Assembly (NCBI GenBank): GCA_007695035.1
Contig: REEO01000025.1
Location: 329 to 64,328 of the forward strand
Origin: Saprospirales bacterium
GTDB lineage: Bacteria; Bacteroidota; Bacteroidia; Chitinophagales; Saprospiraceae
Direction of reading: 5' to 3'
Length of the DNA stretch: 64,000 nucleotides
Shown in pieces: positions 48,437 to 59,075 of the stretch (positions are counted from its first letter, which is position 1; each line of letters opens with the position of its first letter). Position numbers and translations under genes: made by a program. The notes below the pieces were generated by a model. That model saw only the letters and a program-made list of their open reading frames with translations, ran no database searches and had not been told where the DNA came from.

Positions 48437-49963
48437 ATGGATTTATCATTTATTAAGACACTGGGCTTGAAGCCTGAAAATGCGGGAACATCTACAGGTC
48501 AAAAATACCTTGTTTCCGATGAATATATTACCTCTCACTCTCCTGTTGACGGCAGGGAAATAGGTCGTGTCAGTATTACCACCCGCAAGCAGTATGAGCA
48601 GGTGATGGAACAGGCCGAAAAGGCATTTGTCAATTGGCGCATGATACCGGCTCCACAGCGTGGGGAGATTGTGAGGCAGTATGGAAATGCACTCCGGGAT
48701 AATAAGGACGCTCTCGGCCGACTGGTCTCTTACGAAATGGGCAAAAGCCTGCAGGAGGGCTGGGGAGAGGTCCAGGAAATGATCGATATATGTGATTTTG
48801 CTGTGGGGCTCTCACGTCAGCTTTACGGACTCACCATGCACTCAGAAAGACCGAGGCACCGAATGTACGAGCAGTGGCATCCTCTGGGAATTGTGGGCAT
48901 CATTTCGGCATTTAATTTTCCGGTGGCGGTATGGTCGTGGAATTCCATGATCGCCATGGTTTGCGGGAATGTATGTGTATGGAAACCCTCCGAGAAATCT
49001 CCTCTCTGCAGCGTTGCCTGTCAAAACCTCATGCAAAAAGTGCTAAAAGACAATAGCATCCAAGAGGGCGTGGTGAACCTGATCAATGGCGACTACCGCG
49101 TTGGTGAGTACATGACCAAAGACAATAGAGTGCCCCTGGTTTCGGCTACCGGAAGTACGAGAATGGGGAAAATCGTGGGCGCTGAAGTAGCCTCAAGACT
49201 TGGAAAAACCATTCTTGAACTCGGTGGAAACAACGCCATTATTATTACACCTTCTGCAGATATGGAGGTCGTACTGACCGGAGCGCTTTTCGGGGCTGTC
49301 GGAACTGCAGGTCAGCGTTGCACATCCACCCGGAGATTGATCATCCACGATTCTGTTTACGACGAAATGAAAGAAAAACTGGTCAGCGCATACGGACAAC
49401 TCAAAATCGGTAACCCCCTGGATGAGACTAATCACGTGGGGCCGGTAATCGACAAAGACTCCGTAAATACCTATCTCGATGCCCTGAAAGCCATTGAAAA
49501 CCAGGGTGGAAAAGTGCTTGTGGAAGGTGGTGTACTCGAGGGCGAGGGCTATGAGAGTGGCTGTTATGTAAAGCCCTGCATAGCGGAGGTAACTCCCGAC
49601 ATGGATATTGTTAAAACCGAGACCTTTGCGCCCATTCTCTACATTATGAAGTACAGCGACCTGACCGAGGCCCTCTCCATTCACAACAATGTGCCTCAGG
49701 GACTTTCGTCTGCGATTATGACGGACAGTATGAGGGAAGCAGAGCGGTTTCTGTCCCACGAGGGATCGGATTGCGGAATTGCCAATGTAAACATAGGTAC
49801 TAGTGGTGCCGAGATTGGCGGAGCTTTTGGTGGAGAAAAGGAAACCGGTGGAGGCCGCGAAAGTGGATCGGACGCGTGGAAAGCCTACATGAGAAGACAA
49901 ACCAACACCATAAACTGGAGCGAAGAACTTCCCCTTGCTCAGGGAATCAAGTTCGACCTTTGA
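48437..49963 (+). CDS. ALDH7-type aldehyde dehydrogenase (aminoadipate-semialdehyde / piperideine-6-carboxylate dehydrogenase-like)
   Basis: 508 aa. It has EVQEMIDICDFAVGLSRQLYG and FNFPVAVWSWN segments, and the catalytic ELGGNNA ... CTSTRR motifs. Confidence 0.85.
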   Translation: MDLSFIKTLGLKPENAGTSTGQKYLVSDEYITSHSPVDGREIGRVSITTRKQYEQVMEQAEKAFVNWRMIPAPQRGEIVRQYGNALRDNKDALGRLVSYEMGKSLQEGWGEVQEMIDICDFAVGLSRQLYGLTMHSERPRHRMYEQWHPLGIVGIISAFNFPVAVWSWNSMIAMVCGNVCVWKPSEKSPLCSVACQNLMQKVLKDNSIQEGVVNLINGDYRVGEYMTKDNRVPLVSATGSTRMGKIVGAEVASRLGKTILELGGNNAIIITPSADMEVVLTGALFGAVGTAGQRCTSTRRLIIHDSVYDEMKEKLVSAYGQLKIGNPLDETNHVGPVIDKDSVNTYLDALKAIENQGGKVLVEGGVLEGEGYESGCYVKPCIAEVTPDMDIVKTETFAPILYIMKYSDLTEALSIHNNVPQGLSSAIMTDSMREAERFLSHEGSDCGIANVNIGTSGAEIGGAFGGEKETGGGRESGSDAWKAYMRRQTNTINWSEELPLAQGIKFDL

Positions 49964-49988
49964 AAGGCCAGTAAAATAATTTCTTGCT

Positions 49989-50040
49989 CACCGCACCTGC
50001 TTTTGTTTTTCGAGAAATTGTGGACCGGACAGGTGCGGTG
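49989..50040. terminator. long-stem hairpin between convergent genes
   Basis: An 11-bp stem pairs CACCGCACCTG with CAGGTGCGGTG across a ~30-nt loop. Confidence 0.35.
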
Positions 50041-50069
50041 GGTAACCAATTTATCAGTGGGTAGGGAGG

Positions 50070-51089
50070 TCAACCAAACCGCCTTTCTTCCCACTTCCAG
50101 GCAGATCGCATGATGTCTTCGACTCCGTATTGGGGTTCCCAGTTCAGTATTTTCCGGGCTTTGTCGTAGCGGGAAAAAATGGCAGGCACATCCCCCTTTC
50201 TTCTTTCACCAATTTCAAAATTTACACTTTCCCCCGTCACTTTTTCAAATGCCCGGATGGCTTCGACTACGCTGATGCCGTTGCCAATGCCCAGGTTAAA
50301 GGGTTCTACTTTTTTGTCGGAGCGTTTTTCAAGGGTGAATTTCAAAGCGGAGGTGTGGGCGCGAGCCAGATCGCAAACGTGGATAAAATCGCGTATGCAA
50401 CTCCCGTCTCTGGTGGGGTAATCACCGCCGTAAACCACCAGTTTTTCGCGTTTTCCCGCTGCTACTTCACAGATTATAGGAACCAGATTGGTGGAGGGAT
50501 TTCTCGATGCTTCCCCGATAATGGCGCTTTCATGAGCCCCTGCCGGATTAAAATACCTCAGTAAGGTGGCTCGAAAGGTGGATTCATTGCGGGCAAGGTC
50601 TTTTAAGGTATTCTCTCCGCTCTGCTTGGTGAGCCCGTAAGGTGATATGGCTGGAAGGATGGGAGATTCCTCTGAAACCGGCATGGAATTAGCATCTCCA
50701 TAAACTGTGCATGAGGAAGAAAAGATAAAGTTCATTACCCCGCAATTAAGGGCAGCTTCAGCCACATTTATCAGGGACCGGATGTTGTTTTGATAGTATT
50801 TAAAGGGCTTTGCGATGGATTCCCCCACACTTTTAAAGGCCGCGAAGTGGATGACGGCATCATAGGGACCATTGGCTTCGATGGCCTCCAGGGTCAGATT
50901 TCTGTCGGTCAGATCGATATTGAGATTGGGTATCTGCCGGCCCGTTAGTTTTTGCAAAGCGGGCAGTACCTCCTCGTGCGAATTGATATAATTGTCCGCA
51001 CTGATTACATCAAATCCGTTTTCTACCAGATCGACAATCGTGTGACTCCCTATAAATCCGCATCCACCCGTCACCAGTATTCGCGTCAT
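50070..51089 (-). CDS. galE: UDP-glucose 4-epimerase
   Basis: It has ILVTGGCGFIGSH, a YGLTK catalytic motif, and GalE length. Confidence 0.9.
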   Translation of the reverse strand: MTRILVTGGCGFIGSHTIVDLVENGFDVISADNYINSHEEVLPALQKLTGRQIPNLNIDLTDRNLTLEAIEANGPYDAVIHFAAFKSVGESIAKPFKYYQNNIRSLINVAEAALNCGVMNFIFSSSCTVYGDANSMPVSEESPILPAISPYGLTKQSGENTLKDLARNESTFRATLLRYFNPAGAHESAIIGEASRNPSTNLVPIICEVAAGKREKLVVYGGDYPTRDGSCIRDFIHVCDLARAHTSALKFTLEKRSDKKVEPFNLGIGNGISVVEAIRAFEKVTGESVNFEIGERRKGDVPAIFSRYDKARKILNWEPQYGVEDIMRSAWKWEERRFG

Positions 51090-51230
51090 GTTGTACTTTT
51101 TGAGAGTTTTTGTAACCGATGCTCATTTTGACCCGTACGGCCTCTTTCCCTGGCAAAAATCAGTTTATTGCGGCTGGTTTTCAAACTTTCGGCCAGATTA
51201 TTGGACTTTTTTCAATGCATCGGTTCGGTA

Positions 51231-51797
51231 TCAATCTTCTGAATTTAGTGTGTCCAGTACCCTTACCGCCTGTAAGACATGTCGCTGGTTGTGGTATATC
51301 ACAATGCGCAGGACATCTCCGAGTTTGAATTTTATAAGAGTGGAAACTGAAAGGGCGACCTTTATTTTGTTCAAATCGTGCTTCCGGGCTTTTCCCAGGA
51401 TAGTGAGCATTTCTTTTTGGTGATTTAAAAAACGCTTCAGGACATTTTCGGGCAGACCCGTTTTGGCCGGGTTTTTATCGCCGGGCGAACCGAGTTTCAT
51501 GCCCCGTTTTTTTGGCAGCATTGACTTTGCAAAAAAGTTGCCCACCATACCAGTTTTGAACTCATCGGAAGTGCGACCGGGACCTGCTTGTTCCATGGCC
51601 TTTGTGATGGCGGGGTGGTAGTAATCGGCAAAGAGGTTGAGGTGCTCGAGGCACTCTGCAATGCTCCATTTGTCGGGGGATGGTTTCATCAGCAAATCCT
51701 CCTCGGAAAGGGTTCCGAAATCCCTTTCGGTCGTCTTTATCATTTGCCTGGTGTCCGCCACCAGATCACTGAGGAGCTCATCTGAATTTATCCGCAT
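51231..51797 (-). CDS. DinB-family (DinB_2) protein
   Basis: 188 aa. It has a four-helix-bundle His pattern (ECLEHL ... NQRHVLQ). Confidence 0.7.
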   Translation of the reverse strand: MRINSDELLSDLVADTRQMIKTTERDFGTLSEEDLLMKPSPDKWSIAECLEHLNLFADYYHPAITKAMEQAGPGRTSDEFKTGMVGNFFAKSMLPKKRGMKLGSPGDKNPAKTGLPENVLKRFLNHQKEMLTILGKARKHDLNKIKVALSVSTLIKFKLGDVLRIVIYHNQRHVLQAVRVLDTLNSED

Positions 51798-51857
51798 CGT
51801 GAGCCTTGTGGTTTATTTCATCCGGTTAATAAAACAGCTTCATCTTCCTTTTCGCCA

Positions 51858-53132
51858 TTAATCCAGGTACAGGTTGAATTCCACCCTTCTGTTGTTGGCC
51901 CTTCCCTGTGGCGTTTCATTGGTATCGATCGGCCTTGATTCACCGTAGCCGACAAAAGACATTCTGGCTGTGGAAACACCGCGTGAAGCCAGGTATTCGT
52001 AACAGGACCTCGCTCTTTGCTCACTGAGTCGCTGGTTGTTGGAGGCCGAGCCAATGTTGTCGGTATGGCCCGAGATCCTGAGATTGTACTCGGGATACTC
52101 CGACATGATATTGGCGACCTGATTGAGAATGTCGAAGGATTCGGGTCTGAGTGTGGCCCTGCCCAGGTCAAATCTTACATCGCGCATGGCAATTTCCAGT
52201 ATTTCCTGCACTTCTTCCGGGATATCAGAATCCACTTCTTCCACTTCCACTTCTTCTCCAGTAGGAGTTACGACTTCCACTTCTTCCTCCTCCTCTACTT
52301 CAACGGGTTCGGGTATTTCCTCTTCTTCGGGACATCCGTGGTTATCGGTCGGTCCGGCTTCATCGGGGCATCGGTCCAGGTGATCGGGTACACCGTCGCC
52401 ATCCCGATCACGCGCACCCAAAAATTCCGGTTTGCCCCCATGTTCCGGGTCCATGTCGTAAATATCGGGGATGCCATCCCCATCGGAGTCGGGGAGTTTT
52501 ACGGTTTCATCTTCTTCTAATTCAGGCAGGGGTTTGGGTTTTTCGGGTTCTCTGTCCGTGAGGTTGTAAATAAAACCAATGCCGAGCTGGTAGTTGTCCC
52601 TGTCGTCCTGTAGTCCAAAGCGGTAGCCGAGTTCGAGGTTGATATCCACCCGGTTGTTGACGCGGATATTGGTTCCAAGACCAGCGGGTACGGCAAGGTG
52701 AAAGTCATCGCCATCCATCAGAACGAAACCCATCCCGGTGACCAAATAGGGGTGCAGGTGTCCATCGAGATTCAGAGGTGAAAAATGCCCCTGTACATCG
52801 AGGGAAAAAACATTGATATTGTTTTGGGATTCCGGTAGGGTCACTGAGGCACCTCTTACCGGCACGGCCAAATCCAGCCAGTGATTTACAGGATAGCGGA
52901 TGCCGAGTTCAAATCCGCCGTTCCACTTTTGAAAGTCAAAGGGCTCGCTGTCAATGGGACCGTGGTAGTCCACCCACAATTTGCGCGCAATAATGCCGGG
53001 CACCATATCCCGCTCGACGCTCGATTCCTCCATTTCTTCCTCATTTTTTGGGCCATCTGCCTCTTGAGCTTTTATTTCTGCCGTACTCAGACACAATGCA
53101 AAGGCGACGAACAAGAACAATAGCTTTTCCAT
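51858..53132 (-). CDS. OmpA-family outer-membrane protein with thrombospondin type-3-like Ca-binding repeats
   Basis: It has a signal peptide and an N-terminal barrel. DSDGDGIPD and DRDGDGVPDHLDRCPD repeats are followed by an acidic E/V linker. The C-terminal OmpA domain carries GHTDNIGS...N..LS..RA. Confidence 0.85.
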   Translation of the reverse strand: MEKLLFLFVAFALCLSTAEIKAQEADGPKNEEEMEESSVERDMVPGIIARKLWVDYHGPIDSEPFDFQKWNGGFELGIRYPVNHWLDLAVPVRGASVTLPESQNNINVFSLDVQGHFSPLNLDGHLHPYLVTGMGFVLMDGDDFHLAVPAGLGTNIRVNNRVDINLELGYRFGLQDDRDNYQLGIGFIYNLTDREPEKPKPLPELEEDETVKLPDSDGDGIPDIYDMDPEHGGKPEFLGARDRDGDGVPDHLDRCPDEAGPTDNHGCPEEEEIPEPVEVEEEEEVEVVTPTGEEVEVEEVDSDIPEEVQEILEIAMRDVRFDLGRATLRPESFDILNQVANIMSEYPEYNLRISGHTDNIGSASNNQRLSEQRARSCYEYLASRGVSTARMSFVGYGESRPIDTNETPQGRANNRRVEFNLYLD

Positions 53133-53360
53133 ATCTTATAATATTGAGGTTGTCCAATACAAATTTTGGTCCAAAGACGTGGTAAATATATGATTTTTTC
53201 TAATAGTAAAACTTCTTCTGGCCGTTTATCTCAATTTTCATTCCAGTGAGACACCTCAGGTATGAATACTGCGCTTGCCTTTCATTAGTTCTCTGAGCTT
53301 TTAAAGTGAACTGGTGAAAGGGGCACATTCTATTATTGGAACTTTGAAAACTCAAAGTTT

Positions 53361-53897
53361 TCAGAGATAATCGGTGTCTGAGTCCAACTCTTCAAAAAAT
53401 CCGGTTTTTTTATTTTTCCTTACATTGTTCCAATCAAAGCAGCGTCCGTTCATTGAAATATAGACACCCGGTGGTTTGCATTGTGCAAAGGCAATGGCAC
53501 TGCCGAGATTGAAAAAACCGTCCGATGAATTGCCAAAAGCATAGGGAATCATGGCCCCGGTAAGCACAATGGTCTTGCCCTCAATTTCTGCATTGGCCAG
53601 GAACTTTGCAGTTTGTACTATTTTGTCTGTGCCGTGGGTAATGAGTATGTGGTCAGCCATTGCACGCTTACAATTGAGCAATATAATCTCCCGGTCCACA
53701 TCGGTCATCTCCAGACTGTCGATCATCATCAGGGTTTTTACATTGGTGAGCAATGTGCTGCGACCGCGTCTAAACATGCCCGGCAAATGGGTGTCGCTGA
53801 AATAGAGCTCTCCCGTGATGTAATTGTAGTCCTTGTCAAAGGTTCCTCCTGTGACAAAAACCTGGATTCCCTGGTCGTTTTTTTTGTATATGGACAT
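53361..53897 (-). CDS. asparaginase-domain protein (short, single-domain)
   Basis: 178 aa. It has the N-terminal VFVTGGTFDK motif (TGGT-type) and HGTD. Confidence 0.65.
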   Translation of the reverse strand: MSIYKKNDQGIQVFVTGGTFDKDYNYITGELYFSDTHLPGMFRRGRSTLLTNVKTLMMIDSLEMTDVDREIILLNCKRAMADHILITHGTDKIVQTAKFLANAEIEGKTIVLTGAMIPYAFGNSSDGFFNLGSAIAFAQCKPPGVYISMNGRCFDWNNVRKNKKTGFFEELDSDTDYL

Positions 53898-53930
53898 AGA
53901 TTGATTTGGATGAAATTTTTGTTTCCGGCC

Positions 53931-56732
53931 TTACCTGCTGATTATTATCGTTTCCTGAAAGTTATCCCCGCAGACATTAAATGACAACTTGTACAGGCCT
54001 GGACTGAGGTGGTTTATGTCCACTTTTTGTCGATCGCGGTCCAGATTTTGATGCTCAAAAACGGTTCTTCCGGAGATGTCTAGTAAGCTCCAGGATATCT
54101 GATCGCAAATTTCAGGCCCATTCAGTTTGATGTAAAAAGTCTCTCCGGCCGGGTTGGGGAAGACCATTATGTCAAAATCTTCGCGGGTAAAGGTCAGGGT
54201 GGAGGTGACCTCGTCCACTGTGACGGTGACCTCTTCCCTTTCACTCTCTGCTCCTTCATTGTCCGTGGCCACAGCCCGCAAGACAAAAGTGCCGGCCTCC
54301 TCTATTTCCAGATCAAATTCGTAGGGAACTCTGTCAAAATTGGCCACGGAAATTCCATTTATTGCGAGGGCCACACTGTTGATAAAGCCATCCGGGTCTT
54401 CTGCCCTGATTGAAATGGGAAGATTAACAGGAAAATCTGATTCAAAAAGGGTATCGCTGACCGGATTGGAAAACTCAACCAATGGTGGTTGGTTCTCCAG
54501 AGCAGCATCTTTTATAAAAATGCGGTCCAGGTAGAGGAAATTACCCCATCCACCCCGGTTTGTAAAGGTCAATCTGATGTTTTCACTGGCCATTTCTGAT
54601 AAATCGGCCTCGATGTGCGTCCACTCCGAACAGTTTTCAGGGATAAAAGGATTTTCCCCGGTTGGAGGTGAAGTGGCAAGTTCCAGTCCGCTTGCGTTAA
54701 ACAGCAAACTGGTTTCCCCGTCGCAGGTCTCAGCCATTACTTCGAGTCCGTCTCCAAAATCTTCACTAAAAGGGGCGTATGCGTAACTGAAGTACAGTCT
54801 CGGTTCTTCCATTTCTGTCAGGTCGAAGTCTGCGATCAGGCTGGTGTTAATTCCGCGATTGTCATTGTTGAAGTTATCCACTCTTATCGCCCTGTCATTA
54901 CCGCAATTGGATCCTTCAAAGACCGTCCACTCGAAATCCCTGTTGTCATTGCTTACACGATTGCTCCAGAGGTCCAGATCAAGTCCTCCGGCAAAATCCT
55001 CCGGGAACGGAATGTCCCCACCCTCGGAAATGTGGACGAAGTTTTCCATCCAAATGCTGTCGCTTCCCAAGTGATTTTCCACTACCAGCAATACATCATA
55101 AGTTCCCGGCTGGTCGTAGCGCACGATGGGATTGGGCAGGTCTGAGGATTCGGGTATTCCCCCGTCAAAAAACCATTGCCTTTCAATGACTCCTCCTTTC
55201 GAGCGGTCCAGAAACCGGATTGAAGAGCCCGGACAGGGATCGTCAATATTGCTGCTAAAATTGGCCGTTGGAGCGGATTCCGGCTCGATTACCTCGTAGC
55301 CAAAATAACCCTCCGGGGCGACGATGGGCCTTTTTTGCTGTTTGCCCGACATGGATACAGCCCTGATGTAATACTGCACCTCCGATCCGAATTCCATGGC
55401 CGGCAGATGGGCCGCATACCAGTCCTCTTGTCCGGGTTCCATTGGTATTTCAATGTATTCAGTGTCTTGCGAGGTTTTGTAGTGCAGATGGACACTTTCA
55501 ATCCCATCCCTGTGCTTGACTTTGGCGCGCACTTCCGGGCTGATGGTTTCATCGTACTGGTCGCGTACCCTGGGATGAGCAATCCAAAGGGGGTCTTCCA
55601 CACCCACTGTTTTGGTGATACAGTGAAGGGCGCCAAAGGAATTGATCATGGCATTGCAATCAATTCCCACCACATTGTATCCTGGCAAACTTTCTTCATA
55701 GATTCTCAATCCAATGGTGTCGTATTGTTCTTCATAAATCGGAACCACTATGGTGCCGTTCAGGAAAATTGAGTTTGTGAAAGTGCGGTATGGGCCTCCC
55801 TGGTCAGGATAATTTCCCTGAGGTCCAGGTGGCATTGGTATTCGGATGATTTCATATGGGTTGCCGAATGATGACGAATGGTTGTTCAAAAAGTACTCAA
55901 TGTTCTCCTCGATTTGGGGGCCGTCAGCTACAGCCTCCGGGTATTCACCCACGATGAGCGTCTCTTCATCAATAAAGCGAATGTGCATATCCAGATGGCT
56001 GATGCCGTCAAATGGCAATTCTGTCATTTTTATATATTCCTCATATCCAAAAAGGCGGGAAGCTATGTAGTCAATTTCCTGTTCCGTCTTTCCGGGATTC
56101 TCACGCAAAACAATTTCAGAAGAATACCCCTTTTGGTATCCGTCCACCAGGTTGTTTCCCCCGGTGTGGACCAGATCGTATGGCTCATTCACCGCCGCAT
56201 ACCACGGGACATCAAAAAGTTCAGCTACCCGACCGGGAACAGCATCGTCATGAGGTCTCGGGCGGTTGTAAATAAAGTCCGAAATGGCGAGTTGTTCCAC
56301 ATCGTTTTCGTAAACCGCCCATGGACCGTAGTCTCTGATCCATACCGTATTGCTCGGCCAGTCCAGAAAATGCACATTGTTCAGATCAATACCGGCATCC
56401 ATCAAGGTATTGCGAACCGATGGTTCATTTTCGGTGATGATATACACCTCTACCTCCTCCACCGCATATTCGACCAACTGGGTGAGAATTTGCGGATAGG
56501 AGCGCCATGTGATAAAAAGGGCCTGGATTTCTTCCCATTCACCCATTACCCGTACCGGAGTTTCAGGCAAATCCCCGGCACTGCGCTTTGACCTGAGCTC
56601 ATTGAGGTATTCGGGCCAGATTATCTTTTCCTCCGGGGTCATATACCGAGGAAGGTCCGTTTCCTGCGCATTGATCACACCCAATCCCGCTACAAAAAAA
56701 CTGACTGCAATAAGGTAGATGTATGATTTCAT
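53931..56732 (-). CDS. secreted multidomain agmatine deiminase / Porphyromonas-type peptidyl-arginine deiminase family protein with T9SS sorting domain
   Basis: It has a signal peptide and a PAD_porph core (WIRDYGPW, HLDMH, catalytic GALHCITK). This is followed by a PKD-like domain, a MAM/jelly-roll-like domain, an Ig-like domain, and a Por C-terminal domain (MVFPNPAGETFYIKL...GLYKLSF). Confidence 0.8.
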   Translation of the reverse strand: MKSYIYLIAVSFFVAGLGVINAQETDLPRYMTPEEKIIWPEYLNELRSKRSAGDLPETPVRVMGEWEEIQALFITWRSYPQILTQLVEYAVEEVEVYIITENEPSVRNTLMDAGIDLNNVHFLDWPSNTVWIRDYGPWAVYENDVEQLAISDFIYNRPRPHDDAVPGRVAELFDVPWYAAVNEPYDLVHTGGNNLVDGYQKGYSSEIVLRENPGKTEQEIDYIASRLFGYEEYIKMTELPFDGISHLDMHIRFIDEETLIVGEYPEAVADGPQIEENIEYFLNNHSSSFGNPYEIIRIPMPPGPQGNYPDQGGPYRTFTNSIFLNGTIVVPIYEEQYDTIGLRIYEESLPGYNVVGIDCNAMINSFGALHCITKTVGVEDPLWIAHPRVRDQYDETISPEVRAKVKHRDGIESVHLHYKTSQDTEYIEIPMEPGQEDWYAAHLPAMEFGSEVQYYIRAVSMSGKQQKRPIVAPEGYFGYEVIEPESAPTANFSSNIDDPCPGSSIRFLDRSKGGVIERQWFFDGGIPESSDLPNPIVRYDQPGTYDVLLVVENHLGSDSIWMENFVHISEGGDIPFPEDFAGGLDLDLWSNRVSNDNRDFEWTVFEGSNCGNDRAIRVDNFNNDNRGINTSLIADFDLTEMEEPRLYFSYAYAPFSEDFGDGLEVMAETCDGETSLLFNASGLELATSPPTGENPFIPENCSEWTHIEADLSEMASENIRLTFTNRGGWGNFLYLDRIFIKDAALENQPPLVEFSNPVSDTLFESDFPVNLPISIRAEDPDGFINSVALAINGISVANFDRVPYEFDLEIEEAGTFVLRAVATDNEGAESEREEVTVTVDEVTSTLTFTREDFDIMVFPNPAGETFYIKLNGPEICDQISWSLLDISGRTVFEHQNLDRDRQKVDINHLSPGLYKLSFNVCGDNFQETIIISR

Positions 56733-56754
56733 GTCCTAAATTTTTTGAAAAGTC

Positions 56755-56762
56755 CAAAGTTA
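56755..56762 (-). promoter_or_regulatory. candidate -7 box (TAACTTTG) upstream of the deiminase gene
   Basis: The plus strand reads CAAAGTTA, 23 nt upstream of the start codon. Confidence 0.45.
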
Positions 56763-57463
56763 AGGATTAGTTTTCAAATGTTTTGCCCTTATCTTTTTCG
56801 AGAAGGGAATTGGTGAGTGTGAGGTCCATCATCCCAATGGATTGAGGCAAACCTGGGTGCCACATGAAAGGTTGAAACCAATATTTCAGTCTTTAACTTT
56901 CTCGAGAGAATTGATCCGGGAATTGGTAGAAGCTGGTCGATGAAAGGTGGTGGTAAAAGCCATCAATGTGTTAATGACTTTTCTGGTGCTGTCTTTTTTT
57001 AGTTTGCAACGCGATCAAAACAACCATTAAATAGGCTGACAGAACCCATTTACTTCTTTCCCAATTGTCATTATGTGACCATTCCCCTGGTATTTGCATT
57101 TAAAAATGTTAAAGGCATAAAAAATGTGTTAAAAAATTGGTTTTTCAAAAAAGTGTTCGTATCATTACTTTTCGATGGATATAGTCGCCTTAAACATACC
57201 TGATGGGTGGACGTTGCCAGCAATTTAATTGTCATCTTGAATTATTAATAATCTGTAGAATACGGATATCTGAGTCTTTCAAAAGACGCGATGTTTTACA
57301 GTGATTAGGTCTTAGGTCTTAGAGTGCAACTCCGAGCTGGATTGTTATTCCGGTATTACTTACACTGAATTCGATGGCCATGCAAGGACAGGATTGCATT
57401 GATATCCGGGACATCGAAATTGAGCTGGCCACCATTGTGGATAAATGCTCATGCACGGACCCT

Positions 57464-57712
57464 TTAATTCTGGGGGAACCCGGTAAGACCACGCACATTA
57501 GCACCTATCAATTCAATATCCTTCTCCTCAGTTTCCAGGAGGAATTGACCTTGTTCATTGGTGTAAGTTCCGATGGATAGTTCAGCATTATAGACCAGGG
57601 CCAGGTAAAGTGGCTGACCCTCCTGACAGACCACTTTGCCTTCGATCAAGCTGGATTGTCCGGGAAGGGTGGTTGCGCATACGATAAGAAAAAACAGATA
57701 TAAGACTCTCAT
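57464..57712 (-). CDS. short CarboxypepD_reg-like domain protein, possibly a gene fragment
   Basis: 82 aa. A signal peptide is followed by IEGKVV..EGQPL..ALVYN...GTYTNEQGQFLLE. The ORF ends abruptly, and an overlapping ORF in another frame follows. Confidence 0.35.
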   Translation of the reverse strand: MRVLYLFFLIVCATTLPGQSSLIEGKVVCQEGQPLYLALVYNAELSIGTYTNEQGQFLLETEEKDIELIGANVRGLTGFPQN

Positions 57713-58189
57713 TCAATTAAAGGTCTTGTTTACAGGGTCGAAATAATGGACATCAAAGGATGAAGGACCCAACCTCCAAATTTAGGGAATTTTATTAAGG
57801 TTTCGATACAGTCGCAGAGACTTTGATCATAGGGACCACATTTTTACTAAATGTTGCCCTCTCCGGGGGAAATTCCCTCATCAGAACTTGAATATGCTTT
57901 ATTGTCCGACCCCATCATGGACTTCCATCTACTTGATCTATTTTCAAAATCGCATAAAGGCAAGGTGGACAACGGTCATTGATGCGGTTTTCACCAGGTG
58001 AAAAAGCGTTGGACTCATAAATGATGCAGCGATTTCAACCACACCAATTTATCTCCTCAAGTGGAAAACCGTACAATCATTTTGAATTGTCAGTTTGTAT
58101 TAATTAGATTCTGAAATCTCACTGAATCGAGTGTAAACCTGGGATGACCATTATCCCGGCCAAATCTGTGCCCACCACTATGCGAAATA

Positions 58190-59062
58190 CTAATCCCGGG
58201 TATCGATGATTGCTTCAACCCGAATTAAAGGGACACTGGGCCAGGATTGGTTTCTCCATAGACCTTGATTTGTCTTCAACCAGAAACCAACCTCTGACCT
58301 TTCCCTGCGTCGGACTTTTGTAAACCCCAAATCAAATGCATTTCCGTATCTTTCAGACTTTATATCACTTTCGTCATACCTTCTCTGAATAAATTCAACA
58401 GCTACCAAAAAGTCTGTACCGGGTAAGGGAACATGGAACTCATTTAGGTCTATATCGTACCAGCCCGTTTCCTGGGGTCTCAATACCACCAATGACCTTA
58501 ACAAATCACTTCCCGGCTCACCTTCACTGTTTATTTCAAATATCCGCAATCGCAAAAGCTGATAATTCGTCCGAATACCGACTTCAGTAAAATATACAGA
58601 CACAGAGGAGATGACTCCGGAATTTTGATTTCTAAGCATGGTGCCTATTGTTAGCGATCCACCTACCCGAGGGCCAAATGAGAAAATGGAAAAGGATCGA
58701 AGCCTCCTTTTATCCAGGCCAAATATTTTAGATTCCGGATGCTTATCAGATATAAGAACTTCAGGCAGTTCATATGTCTTTGGGATCAGGCCAATCCCCC
58801 AAAAATCGGTATCATCTCCATTGCTTATACCAATGGTTGTATCTCTGTATCCCAACGCTCTAAGGACAAAAGACCCTCCATTTTCAGGTAGAGCAAAAAG
58901 ACCATCTCTATCTGTAATGGATACTATTTCACCCTCCTCACTTGTTAGAACCACGCCATAAAGTGGATTTCCGGTTTTTTGATCGAAAACCTTACCGGAA
59001 ATCTGACTCACTGCATTGAAGGTTACAGTTAGTGAAAGCAATATGGTGAAAAGTATCTGCAT
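58190..59062 (-). CDS. secreted carboxypeptidase-regulatory-like domain protein, function unknown
   Basis: 290 aa. A signal peptide is followed by ISGKVFDQKTGNPLYGVVL...TDRDGLFAL. Confidence 0.6.
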   Translation of the reverse strand: MQILFTILLSLTVTFNAVSQISGKVFDQKTGNPLYGVVLTSEEGEIVSITDRDGLFALPENGGSFVLRALGYRDTTIGISNGDDTDFWGIGLIPKTYELPEVLISDKHPESKIFGLDKRRLRSFSIFSFGPRVGGSLTIGTMLRNQNSGVISSVSVYFTEVGIRTNYQLLRLRIFEINSEGEPGSDLLRSLVVLRPQETGWYDIDLNEFHVPLPGTDFLVAVEFIQRRYDESDIKSERYGNAFDLGFTKVRRRERSEVGFWLKTNQGLWRNQSWPSVPLIRVEAIIDTRD

Positions 59063-59075
59063 ATAGATAATTTAA

